From Candidatus Poribacteria bacterium (GTDB taxonomy: Bacteria; Poribacteria; WGA-4E; JAJDTR01): a DNA stretch of 64,000 nt. Location of the stretch: assembly GCA_965222225.1 (NCBI GenBank), contig CBDCTK010000002.1:5152001-5216000 (forward strand), written 5' to 3'. The notes under the pieces were generated by a model. It saw only the letters and a list, made by a program, of their open reading frames with translations. It searched no databases and was not told where the DNA came from. Positions 54,239 through 63,405 of this stretch are shown one piece after another; position 1 is the first letter of the stretch; every line of letters begins with the position of its first letter. Made by a program: the position numbers and the translations under genes.

Positions 54239-55270
54239 ATGAGGCTGGTACTACTTTCTTACAGTCACCACGGACGCAGCATGGCGCAGACAGCGCAAAA
54301 ACTTGGCCACGAAATTGTCGGCGTAATGGATGCCGAGGAGGAGCCGCGACAACGACTTGTCGATGACTTTCAATGCCCGGGATTCGATACCGCTGAATCT
54401 TGCCTCAATACTATCAAGCCGGATGCGGCGCTCGTGGCAGGTAAGCATGTCGAGATGCCTTCCCATATAGGTGCATGTGTGGATCAGCGCGTGCCGTACC
54501 TGTTGGATAAACCCTTTGCCGATTGTGCGGCGCGTCTGCGTCCGGTTGCCGAGGCGTCCGATAAACATGGCGTGTTCAGCGCGCTTACGTTGCCCAACCG
54601 CGCGAGTCAAATTGTGAGGGTGGTCCAAGGGATGGTCGAAGATGGCTCACTCGGCGACCTCGTCCTGTATAACAGCCGTTTGAATAATGGGCCTCCCTCT
54701 CGCTACGATCCGACGCCATCGTCTTGGCACAACGATCCGCAATTCTCCGGAGGCGGCTGTTGGGGAGTTGAAGCCGCCCACGGAATCGATACTTTTCTAC
54801 AATTCGTGGGTTACAAACCTATCACTGTCGTGGGCGCCGTCATGTCAAATGCCATGCACCGGCGTTGCGTTGAAGATGTCGCCATGGGTATTCTACGAAC
54901 GGACGATGGTGTGACCGGAATAGTCGAGTCGGGCTATTGCTATCCTTCGGGTGTACGCGCCGGCGATCATTTCTTCCGATTCGTTGGAACGAAGGCGTCA
55001 GTGTTTCAGCAGTACGACACACAAGGCCAGGCGGTCATTGAAGTTCACACCACCGAAGGTGTTGCAGTTGCCGAAAACGTCTCGCGCGGAGGTAACCAGG
55101 GCGTCATGGGCGAAGCCTTTTCGGCGATAAGCGAAGGACGTACCTTTGAACCAAACATCCTTACTGCGGTTCGCGTACTCGAAGTCCAAGATGCCGTCTA
55201 TGACTTCGCCCGGAAGTCAGCCATGACGAACGGTCCTCACGCAATGGGAACGCCCGCCCCGCGCCCATAG
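54239..55270 (+). CDS. Gfo/Idh/MocA oxidoreductase
   Basis: 'LLDKP', 'SGGGCWGVEAAHGID', 'VEDVA'. Confidence 0.82.
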   Translation: MRLVLLSYSHHGRSMAQTAQKLGHEIVGVMDAEEEPRQRLVDDFQCPGFDTAESCLNTIKPDAALVAGKHVEMPSHIGACVDQRVPYLLDKPFADCAARLRPVAEASDKHGVFSALTLPNRASQIVRVVQGMVEDGSLGDLVLYNSRLNNGPPSRYDPTPSSWHNDPQFSGGGCWGVEAAHGIDTFLQFVGYKPITVVGAVMSNAMHRRCVEDVAMGILRTDDGVTGIVESGYCYPSGVRAGDHFFRFVGTKASVFQQYDTQGQAVIEVHTTEGVAVAENVSRGGNQGVMGEAFSAISEGRTFEPNILTAVRVLEVQDAVYDFARKSAMTNGPHAMGTPAPRP

Positions 55271-55310
55271 AACGCTTAGACCACTCGTGAACACAGTGAA
55301 TCCAACTCCT

Positions 55311-55469
55311 GTAGGAGCGATCAAGCGAGCGATTAGCAAGTGCGATAGAGATCTTGAAGGTGTATAGAAACGCCAATCCACTACGAATCAAGAGCCCCAG
55401 CGGGGCGACAGGTATGTAAGTTAACCCGTAACCATTCTGGAGGTTGGGTTGAACACAGAGAAACCCAAC
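55311..55469 (+). repeat. truncated REP, 37-bp unit and two further REPs
   Basis: GTAGGAGC|unit 55319-55355; GCCCCAGCGGGGC hairpin; GTTGGGTT...AACCCAAC. Confidence 0.8.
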
Positions 55470-55626
55470 TCCTAGCTGATACTGTATGGGTTGATTGAAT
55501 AGATTAATGGGCGCCCCCACAACCAAAACCAGAAGTCATTGTCCTGCCATCCTAATATTTAAACCACTTTCCCTACTTGAATTACTATCCTCCGCTCACA
55601 ACCTGAGCCGATAGCGCAAAGTCACC

Positions 55627-56373
55627 ATGTCACAGTCCGAAGATGTCACAATTGATGAAATCGATTACCCGCTGGTTTATGTCCCGGAAGGATCATTTCT
55701 CATGGGAACAATCCCCACGGCCTTTCGGAAAACCGACCATGAAGAACCGCAGCGTGAGGTGACGCTTGACGCTTTTTACATTGGAAAACTTCCCCTGACC
55801 AATGCGCAGTATTCGCAATTCCTCGAGTTCAACGGTCACCATTTTCCCCATTTCCATGACAATCCGCGTTTCAACGCATCCAATTGCCCCGTTGTGGGAA
55901 TCAGTTGGTACGATGCCCTGGCGTTCCTGATGCGGCTCGATGAACTTAGCGGCAAGTCTTGCCGTTTGCCGACGGAGGCGGAGTGGGAAAAAGCCGCCCG
56001 TGGAACGGATGGACGAATATATCCGTGGGGAAATGAGTGGGATGTCTCAAAAGGAAACTTCGGCGAAATGCGGCTCAAGCGGACGACACCTGTTGGCAGC
56101 TATCCGAGCGGCGCCAGTCCTTACGGATGCCTCGACATGGGCGGCAATGTCTACGAATGGTGCAGCGATTGGTTCCACCCGGAAACGTACAAGTATGCCC
56201 CTGCAGACAATCCCGGCGGTGCGGCGGATGGCAGACGCAAAGTAATTCGCGGCGGCTCCTGGGTACCCCGCGGCGAATTTGCCGCACGATGCGCCAATCG
56301 GGCGGCTTATGAGCCAACGGAGAGGGTGCATAATGTCGGCTTTCGGATTGTGATTTCGGCGGCGGCTCGATAG
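55627..56373 (+). CDS. formylglycine-generating enzyme (FGE/SUMF1) domain protein
   Basis: 'FLMG...EEPQREV', 'RLPTEAEWEKAARG', 'DMGGNVYEWC', 'RGGSW', 'VGFR'. Confidence 0.92.
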   Translation: MSQSEDVTIDEIDYPLVYVPEGSFLMGTIPTAFRKTDHEEPQREVTLDAFYIGKLPLTNAQYSQFLEFNGHHFPHFHDNPRFNASNCPVVGISWYDALAFLMRLDELSGKSCRLPTEAEWEKAARGTDGRIYPWGNEWDVSKGNFGEMRLKRTTPVGSYPSGASPYGCLDMGGNVYEWCSDWFHPETYKYAPADNPGGAADGRRKVIRGGSWVPRGEFAARCANRAAYEPTERVHNVGFRIVISAAAR

Positions 56374-56475
56374 CCTACACTTCGAGCTGAGTCCCTAAAG
56401 CTTGCCCGACACAGACCATAACCCGTTTCCCGCAAATTGATGGCATGTGTCGTACATCTCTCAGCCCTATCTAAT

Positions 56476-57549
56476 ATGGCGCCCAAAAACATCTCACAAT
56501 TTCGTCGTAATCTTTTGGCTTGGTTCAAGGCGCATCACCGCCAACTTCCTTGGCGCGAGACGAACAATCCATACCATATCTGGGTTTCAGAGGTGATGCT
56601 CCAGCAAACTCAGGCAATAAAGGTAGTGGAATACTACCAAGATTTTGTCGATAGATTTCCCGCGCTCCAACATCTGGCTAAGGCGGAACTGGATGATGTT
56701 CTAAAACAGTGGGAAGGTTTGGGATACTACGCCAGAGCGCGAAATCTGCGTAAAGCTGCCAAAATACTTGTAGATCAGATGGATGGGGAAGTCCCGGCGG
56801 ATTATGACTCGTTCCGAGAGCTGCCCGGCGTGGGTGACTATACCGCCGCGGCAGTGCAGAGCATAGCATTTAACAATCCGTATGCGGTTGTGGATGGGAA
56901 CGTGAAACGCGTAGTTGCCCGACTGTTCCTCATCGGTGCACCCGTGAATCAAAATGCCTCGGCGAAAATCTTCCAATCAAAAGCGGATTCTTTACTCGAC
57001 GGTGATGCTCCCGGACGTTTCAATCAAGCGATGATGGAACTCGGGTCAAGAATCTGCCGACCAAAATCCCCGCTCTGCGTTGTCTGTCCGGTAAACGATT
57101 TCTGTGACGCATTCCGGACGGCACGCCAAGACGAATTCCCCGTACGAGTGAAATCCAAGCCTACTCCCGAATATCACATTGCCGTGGGCGTTATTTACAA
57201 GGGAGATCGCGTTTTAATCACCCGGCGCAAAGCGGAAGGTTTGCTCGGCGGGTTGTGGGAATTCCCCGGCGGCAAAGTTGAACAGGACGAAACCGCCAAA
57301 GCCGCCTGTGTTCGAGAGATTCGGGAGGAAGTCGGTCTCTCTGTTGAAAAGGTAGATTTCCTTACGCGTATCAATCACGCCTATTCACACTTCAGAATTG
57401 GCGTAGATGTCTTTCGCTGTCACTATCGAGCACGCGAAGTGGTTTTGAACGGTCCCGTGGATTATCGGTGGATTCGGCTTGAGGAGATTGATCAATTCCC
57501 CTTCCCGCGTGCCAATCACAAATTCATCCCATTATTGAAAGCGAATTGA
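56476..57549 (+). CDS. mutY: A/G-specific adenine glycosylase with C-terminal Nudix domain
   Basis: 'WVSEVMLQQTQ', 'WEGLGYYARARNL', 'LPGVGDYTA', 'VDGNVKRV', 4Fe-4S CX6CX2CX5C. Confidence 0.95.
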   Translation: MAPKNISQFRRNLLAWFKAHHRQLPWRETNNPYHIWVSEVMLQQTQAIKVVEYYQDFVDRFPALQHLAKAELDDVLKQWEGLGYYARARNLRKAAKILVDQMDGEVPADYDSFRELPGVGDYTAAAVQSIAFNNPYAVVDGNVKRVVARLFLIGAPVNQNASAKIFQSKADSLLDGDAPGRFNQAMMELGSRICRPKSPLCVVCPVNDFCDAFRTARQDEFPVRVKSKPTPEYHIAVGVIYKGDRVLITRRKAEGLLGGLWEFPGGKVEQDETAKAACVREIREEVGLSVEKVDFLTRINHAYSHFRIGVDVFRCHYRAREVVLNGPVDYRWIRLEEIDQFPFPRANHKFIPLLKAN

Positions 57550-57592
57550 TATCATAGGAAACAACGACTATTATTCCGTATGTTTTGGGTTT

Positions 57593-57885
57593 GTAGTAGT
57601 GCAATTCATTGCACGTCCACAGATTGTGTTACGTAGGTTGGGTTAAACGGAAATCCACGAGACAGCGCACGCAGAACGCGTTTTCGAAATTCCATTTTGC
57701 CCGAAAGAGCCGAAATACGAGTGAAACCCAACACTCCATCCCGCACAATCTTCAATTCATCAAATCGTCAATTCCCCTCGTCATCTTGTTGGATCAAGCG
57801 AACGGATAGTGAAAGGATTTTCTATCGCCCTTGCTATTCACTCGGTTGATCGATAGAGATCCCATAGAGATTTCCCGTTATTCCC
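57593..57885 (+). repeat. REP mosaic with an inverted 37-bp unit nested in a forward unit
   Basis: REPs at 57596 and 57633; left half at 57792, inverted full unit at 57815-57851, right parts to 57876. Confidence 0.85.
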
Positions 57886-57970
57886 TACGATTCCATAACA
57901 CGCGCTCACAAAGATGAAAAAGTCCGAAACCTCCCCACTCTCCTCACCACCACGTCTACATAACTTTTCC

Positions 57971-58016
57971 TTGACATTTAGCCCCGGTATAAGATATAAT
58001 TTAGGCAAGCCTAAAT
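57971..58016 (+). promoter_or_regulatory. sigma70 promoter overlapped by a DtxR/MntR-type operator
   Basis: TTGACA(57971)-N18-TATAAT(57995); palindrome ATTTAGGC-aa-GCCTAAAT at 57999-58016. Confidence 0.8.
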
Positions 58017-58067
58017 AATTTCAAAAGGCTAGACTAACTGATTTTTAGAACATGCTGGAGGCGCACG

Positions 58068-58721
58068 ATGCACACTCAGGCGGTTGAGGATTACCTCAAA
58101 GCAATCTACAAGCTGGCAGAAAGAAAAAGTAAAGTCACGACTTCCCTTTTAGCAGAATTCTTGGACGTAACGCCGGCCTCCGCGACAGGTATGCTCAAAA
58201 AGCTAAAGCAGATGAATCTGGCGGCCTATGAACCCTATAAAGGAGTGAGTTTGACCGAATCCGGACAGAAAATTGCTCTGGAGGTAATACGTCACCATCG
58301 TCTAGTTGAACTTTACTTGGCTGAAGCGCTCAACGTACCGTGGGACAAAGTGCATGAGGAAGCAGAGAAGTGGGAGCATGTGCTTTCTGAAGATCTTGAA
58401 GATCGGATTGATACGATACTTGGTCATCCGACTGCCGATCCGCACGGCGCGCCAATACCCAATCGAGATGGAACCGTCGCGATGCCTGCATTAAGCCCTT
58501 TGACGGTTCTCGAAGCTGGGCAGACAGGGATCATTGCCGAAGTGAGCGATCACGATTCGGCGCTATTGCGTTATCTTGGCGAGATGAATCTATACCCGGA
58601 AACGGAGTTCACGGTACTTGATATAGCGCCGTTTAATGGCCCGATAACCATCCGTAGCGAAAATTCCGAAAAGATCCTGGGTTCGGAAGTTGCGGGATAT
58701 ATTTTCGTGAGGTTAACCTAA
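58068..58721 (+). CDS. DtxR/MntR/TroR metal-dependent repressor with FeoA domain
   Basis: 'VEDYLKAIY', 'RHHRLVELYL', 'HEEAEKWEH', 'DPHGAPIP'. Confidence 0.95.
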   Translation: MHTQAVEDYLKAIYKLAERKSKVTTSLLAEFLDVTPASATGMLKKLKQMNLAAYEPYKGVSLTESGQKIALEVIRHHRLVELYLAEALNVPWDKVHEEAEKWEHVLSEDLEDRIDTILGHPTADPHGAPIPNRDGTVAMPALSPLTVLEAGQTGIIAEVSDHDSALLRYLGEMNLYPETEFTVLDIAPFNGPITIRSENSEKILGSEVAGYIFVRLT

Positions 58722-58800
58722 AGATATTCCGGTCTTGTAACCTTGTAGGGATCAACTGAGTAGTCTTTGTAGGGTGAGCGCTGCCCACCAGCCTTTAATT

Positions 58801-59736
58801 ATGCGTATACTTGGAATTGTCCTAATCATTGCCTCAACTGTGTTTCTCCCGTCTTGTGAACGACAGGGCAAAAACAAGGAGCACGACGATGGGCAATTTG
58901 ATGTCGTCGCGACAATTGGCATGATTGCCGACATCGTGAAAGTTGTCGGCGGCGATCATGTCAAGGTGACAGCGCTCATGGGTCCCGGCATAGACCCGCA
59001 TCTATACAAAGCGACCGCCGGAGACGTTTCGCGACTGACTGGTGCGAATATTATTTTCTATAACGGCTTGCATCTTGAAGCCAAGATGTCCGAAGTGCTG
59101 CGGCAGATGTCGAGTCGAGTAAAAACGGTTGCCGTTACCGATAGAATCGACCGCTCAATGTTGCTCGCTCCCCCCAAGTTTGAGAGCGCTTATGATCCGC
59201 ACGTCTGGTTTGATGTGACGCTTTGGAAAAAAGCGGTCGAAATTGTTCGCGATTCGCTTGTCAAGGCAGACGCCGAGCATTCGGAAACTTACGGACGAAA
59301 TTCAAAGGTTTATCTCGCGAGACTGGATGAACTTCACGAATACGTAAAGACCCAAGCGGGGCGTGTGCCGGAAAATCAACGCGTGCTTGTTACTGCGCAT
59401 GATGCTTTCAACTATTTCGGACAGGTTTACGGCTTTCAGGTACGCGGGCTGCAGGGTATCAGCACTGTAACGGAAGCCGGCACCGCGGACATTCAAGAGC
59501 TCGCTAAGTTTATTGTCCAACGGCGTATTCCCGCGATGTTCGTCGAAACCTCGGTGTCGTCGCGGAACATTGAGGCGGTACAGGCAGCGGTCAAATCACG
59601 AGGATTCGACGTAGAAATCGGAGGTCAATTGTTCTCTGATGCCATGGGTGATCCGGGAACGCCTGAAGGTACGTATATCGGCATGGTTCGTCACAACATT
59701 GACACCATTGTGAAATCCCTCGCGCCATCCGATTAA
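58801..59736 (+). CDS. Mn/Zn/Fe ABC transporter substrate-binding lipoprotein (TroA-like)
   Basis: Lipoprotein signal '...FLPSC'; 'GIDPHLY', 'DPHVWFD', 'TAHDAFNYF', 'LFSDAMG'. The ORF's upstream GTG lies within a REP. Confidence 0.92.
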   Translation: MRILGIVLIIASTVFLPSCERQGKNKEHDDGQFDVVATIGMIADIVKVVGGDHVKVTALMGPGIDPHLYKATAGDVSRLTGANIIFYNGLHLEAKMSEVLRQMSSRVKTVAVTDRIDRSMLLAPPKFESAYDPHVWFDVTLWKKAVEIVRDSLVKADAEHSETYGRNSKVYLARLDELHEYVKTQAGRVPENQRVLVTAHDAFNYFGQVYGFQVRGLQGISTVTEAGTADIQELAKFIVQRRIPAMFVETSVSSRNIEAVQAAVKSRGFDVEIGGQLFSDAMGDPGTPEGTYIGMVRHNIDTIVKSLAPSD

Positions 59737-59777
59737 TATCTGGCCATGTGGTAAATACTGCGCGCCAGAATTTAAAA

Positions 59778-59897
59778 GCCCCAGAGGGATCGAGCGAACG
59801 ATCAACTGAGCGGTTAGCGAGTGCGATAGGAATCTCATCTTGCCCCGCATTGGAGAGACTTGATTAACGCCAATAATGCACTGCGAATCTAGGGAAA
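59778..59897 (+). repeat. 37-bp unit joining two different truncated REPs
   Basis: GCCCCAGAGG|GATCGAGCGAAC|unit 59800-59836|ATCTTGCCCCGC plus tail homologous to 8610-8675. Confidence 0.85.
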
Positions 59898-60088
59898 TGA
59901 TATATACCCAATGAGCTAAGCTTCACGTTCCAAAGACTGTGTCGCTAAGTCGTCGACAATCACGATTTGTGTCCTTTTCCAGCTAGTCATGGAACGACTG
60001 CCTAGCCATAAAATATTCAACTCCGTTACTACTATGATGGTAAATTGCATTCGTTCCGCGGCATGTTGATGTCGCGTAGGAGGGAAAA

Positions 60089-60931
60089 ATGCCAAGCTAT
60101 TCCGGAGAATCGGCGATTGAGGTCGAAGACCTCACCGTAGCCTACCGGGATCAACCTGTGCTCTGGGATGTCGATCTCAATGTTCCAGCCGGAGTCCTGA
60201 TGGCTATCGTCGGTCCCAACGGTGCCGGCAAAACCACACTTATCAAGGTGATTTTGGGCTTGGTGCGTGCGGCAGCCGGGCGCGTTTCAATCTATGGTCA
60301 GTCCTATTCTGTTCAACGTCGCCTTGTCGGTTACGTTCCGCAGCGAGGCAGTGTTGATTGGGACTTCCCCACAAGCGTGTTGGATGTCGTGATGATGGGA
60401 CGTTACGGCGCACTTGGTTGGATACGGCGCCCCGGATCCAGAGAACGAAAATTGGCGCTGGAAGCGCTGGAGAAAGTTGGAATGCAAGATCTGGCGCACC
60501 GACAAATCAGCCAACTCTCTGGCGGGCAACAGCAGCGTGTTTTTCTTGCACGTGCGCTTGTTCAAGACGCACAAATCTATTTCATGGATGAACCGTTTCA
60601 GGGTGTGGATGCCACAACCGAACGCGCGATTGTCGCGCTGCTGCAGGAGTTGCGTGCAGCGGGAAAAACACTCGTTGTAGTTCACCATGACTTACAGACG
60701 GTTGTGGACTACTTCGACTGGGTTACGCTGCTCAACGTGCGGCGCGTTGCAAGCGGGCCGGTCAGAGAGGTGTTTACCGAGAAAAATCTTCGGCTAACCT
60801 ACGGCGGGCGAATAGCCTTTCTTAATCGTGGGGAGGATGAACCTGCCGAAACACAAACCGCGCCTCATATAATTGCACCGGGGGAGGTCGAGAGTGATTA
60901 TACTGGAGTTGGGGAGAGACCTATTCCTTGA
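60089..60931 (+). CDS. metal ABC transporter ATP-binding protein (TroB-like)
   Basis: 'GPNGAGKT', 'YVPQR', 'LSGGQQQRV', 'MDEPF'. Confidence 0.95.
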   Translation: MPSYSGESAIEVEDLTVAYRDQPVLWDVDLNVPAGVLMAIVGPNGAGKTTLIKVILGLVRAAAGRVSIYGQSYSVQRRLVGYVPQRGSVDWDFPTSVLDVVMMGRYGALGWIRRPGSRERKLALEALEKVGMQDLAHRQISQLSGGQQQRVFLARALVQDAQIYFMDEPFQGVDATTERAIVALLQELRAAGKTLVVVHHDLQTVVDYFDWVTLLNVRRVASGPVREVFTEKNLRLTYGGRIAFLNRGEDEPAETQTAPHIIAPGEVESDYTGVGERPIP

Positions 60932-62027
60932 TTATACGCTACGAACAGTGGCTTTGGGTTCGGCGACGCTCGGCGTTGTGAGTGGAGCTCTCGGTTCTTA
61001 TGCCGTGCTGCGGAAACAAAGCCTGCTCGGAGATGCAATCTCACACGCGACTTTGCCCGGCGTCGCATTGGCATTCCTACTGACACAAAGCAAAGCTCCG
61101 CTCGTCCTCGTTATCGGAGCGGCGATATCTGGATGGATCGCCACGCTGCTCGTAATCGGCATCGTCAACAACACTCGGATTAAAGAAGATAGCGCGCTCG
61201 GCTTGGTGCTTTCGGTCTTCTTTAGCGTGGGGATGGTTCTGCTTACGGTAATCCAGAAAATGCCTACCGCCAGGCAATCGGGCTTGGACACCTTCCTGTT
61301 TGGCCAAGCCGCCGCGCTCCTGGAGCGTGATGTCATAACAATGGCTTCGCTCGGCGGAGTGACTATCATCATTATGCTATTTTTTTGGAAGGAGTTTAAG
61401 TTACTTTGTTTTGACTCGGCTTTTGGTGCAAGCCTGGGATTCCCAATGGCGGTTCTTGATGTCCTGCTAGTTACGCTCCTCGTGGTTGCGATTGTAGTGG
61501 GGCTCCAAACGGTAGGTGTGGTGCTGATGAGTGCGATGGTTGTGGCTCCCGCTGTCGCGGCACGACAGTGGACAAATCGGCTCGGAGGAATGGTTGTTCT
61601 CTCTGCGCTTTTTGGCGCGATTGCCGGTGTCAGTGGAACTGTCATAAGCAGCAGTGCGGTTCAGATTCCCACAGGTCCGACTATTGTGCTTTCTATCAGC
61701 GTAATTGTGGTGCTATCGATTACCTTCGCCCCAAACCGCGGACTCGTCTGGAATTGGATTCTCAATCAGCGTGAACGTAGAAAACTCCAAATCGAAGTCG
61801 TATTAAACGACCTCTACACGCTTGCATCACAACACGCAGACCCCCGTCACAGTCATTCCACCGCGGTCTTGGAGGCGATGAGCGCAAACCGGAGTAATGT
61901 GCGCAACAGTCTCAGAGAGTTAGCCTCGCGCGGTTGGGTTGAAAACGTCAATTCAGACGAATGGGCGTTGACATCCGAGGGAGTTATTCAAGCGCGGTAT
62001 GTTACCAGTCGGGGATCAAGGGAGTGA
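60894..62027 (+). CDS. metal ABC permease (TroC-like) with C-terminal winged-helix extension
   Basis: '[14 protein letters not shown]', 'FLFGQAA', '[10 protein letters not shown]'; tail '[10 protein letters not shown]...WALTSEG'; GGAGG + GTG at 60894. Confidence 0.9.
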   Translation: MIILELGRDLFLDYTLRTVALGSATLGVVSGALGSYAVLRKQSLLGDAISHATLPGVALAFLLTQSKAPLVLVIGAAISGWIATLLVIGIVNNTRIKEDSALGLVLSVFFSVGMVLLTVIQKMPTARQSGLDTFLFGQAAALLERDVITMASLGGVTIIIMLFFWKEFKLLCFDSAFGASLGFPMAVLDVLLVTLLVVAIVVGLQTVGVVLMSAMVVAPAVAARQWTNRLGGMVVLSALFGAIAGVSGTVISSSAVQIPTGPTIVLSISVIVVLSITFAPNRGLVWNWILNQRERRKLQIEVVLNDLYTLASQHADPRHSHSTAVLEAMSANRSNVRNSLRELASRGWVENVNSDEWALTSEGVIQARYVTSRGSRE

Positions 62028-62085
62028 ATAACGACCAATCAAGCGAACGAACAGTGAGTGCCATAGAGTTCCCATAGAGATCTCC
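62014..62085 (+). repeat. nested 37-bp units overlapping the permease stop codon
   Basis: Left half at 62014-62036 contains the TGA; full unit at 62037-62073; right part follows. Confidence 0.82.
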
Positions 62086-62200
62086 TTGCCTCGCCGGCTC
62101 TGCGCGGCGACAGGACATCTAACTCCACACAAGTTTTTTTTGCTTGCCACACGCAATCAATGCACTTGAATTATAGAGAAATGGTATACGGAGCGCCGAT

Positions 62201-63310
62201 ATGTCGTCCGAAGTGTTAGAGATTCAGTTGATTGCGGTAGTTGTGGCGGTCGCGTGCGTCATGCCGGGTGTGTTTCTCGTATTGCGCCGTATGGCAATGA
62301 TGAGTGATGCTATCAGCCACGCCATTCTAGTGGGGATTGCGCTCGCTTTCTTCGTTACAGCCGATCTTAATTCGCCGCTTCTAATTATCGCAGCCACTGC
62401 TACCGGCGTGCTAACCGTAGTTCTCGTAGAGTTACTGAATCGTACGAGGCTGATACGTGAAGACGCCGCCATCGGAATCACGTTTCCCGCGCTGTTTAGT
62501 GTTGGCGTAATACTTATTGCCCGCCATGCGGGTGACGTTCACCTTGACACTGACGCCGTATTATTGGGAGAACTGGCTTTCGCGCCGTTTAATCGCTTCG
62601 AGCTTTTCGGACACGATTTTGGCCCGCGTGCGCTCTGGGCTATGAGCGCTATCCTGTGCATCAACGTCGCCTTCATAGCGTTTTTCTATAAGGAGTTAAA
62701 GCTGGTTACGTTCGACGCGAACCTTGCCGCAACCCTCGGTTTCTCTCCCGTACTCATTCACTACGGTTTGATGACACTGGTTTCAGTTACGGTGGTTGGG
62801 GCGTTCGATGCGGTCGGTTCAATCTTGGTGGTTGCCTTGATGATCGCGCCTCCCGCCACGGCATACCTACTTACCAATCGACTGTCCCGAATGATTGGGC
62901 TAAGCGGTTTAATTGGTGTCGCAAGCGCGATTGCGGGGTACTGGTTCGCGCACTATCAAGATGCCTCAATCGCCGGTTCGATGGGATTGATGACCGGAGT
63001 TTTCTTTGCCATGGCTTTTCTATTTGCACCGAATCGCGGCATCGTTGCCATCGCTCGCCGCCGCGCTAGTCAACGGTGGGAATTCGCGCAGACAATGCTT
63101 GCCATTCATCTTTTCAGCCACGAAGGGCTGCCCGAAGCGGAAAGGGAGGCGCACGTTTATCACCTCAGCAGCCATCTCCATTGGGAACCGGATTTCGCGC
63201 AACAAGTAGTCCGAAACGCCGAGCGTCACGGATTCATTCGCAATCAGGCGGGGCGGTTAGATTTGACCGAGCAGGGGCGAGAAATGGCGCAACAAGCACT
63301 TGTAGGGTAA
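62201..63310 (+). CDS. metal ABC permease (TroD-like) with C-terminal soluble extension
   Basis: 'MMSDAISHAIL', 'VHLDTDAVLLGE', 'AFDAVGSILVV'; tail 'HLFSHEG...LTEQGRE'. Confidence 0.9.
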   Translation: MSSEVLEIQLIAVVVAVACVMPGVFLVLRRMAMMSDAISHAILVGIALAFFVTADLNSPLLIIAATATGVLTVVLVELLNRTRLIREDAAIGITFPALFSVGVILIARHAGDVHLDTDAVLLGELAFAPFNRFELFGHDFGPRALWAMSAILCINVAFIAFFYKELKLVTFDANLAATLGFSPVLIHYGLMTLVSVTVVGAFDAVGSILVVALMIAPPATAYLLTNRLSRMIGLSGLIGVASAIAGYWFAHYQDASIAGSMGLMTGVFFAMAFLFAPNRGIVAIARRRASQRWEFAQTMLAIHLFSHEGLPEAEREAHVYHLSSHLHWEPDFAQQVVRNAERHGFIRNQAGRLDLTEQGREMAQQALVG

Positions 63311-63405
63311 ACGAATCTCCCCTCTTCCCCGGCGTTGCTGCTCGTCTGGCGTTTGCCATTGCTTGCCACTCTCCACTGTTTTTCCCCTTCCATTCTTCTC
63401 TCTTC

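Noticed and set aside
55627-56373. Diversity-generating retroelement targeting the FGE/C-lectin-fold gene
   Set aside because: No RT and no template repeat of its 3' end were seen. The unit's variable columns are also not restricted to adenines on either strand.
29787-61645. Long shadow ORFs (e.g. 29787-30443, 44209-44790, 49390-49950, 60998-61645)
   Set aside because: They are antisense to well-supported genes and have no motifs.
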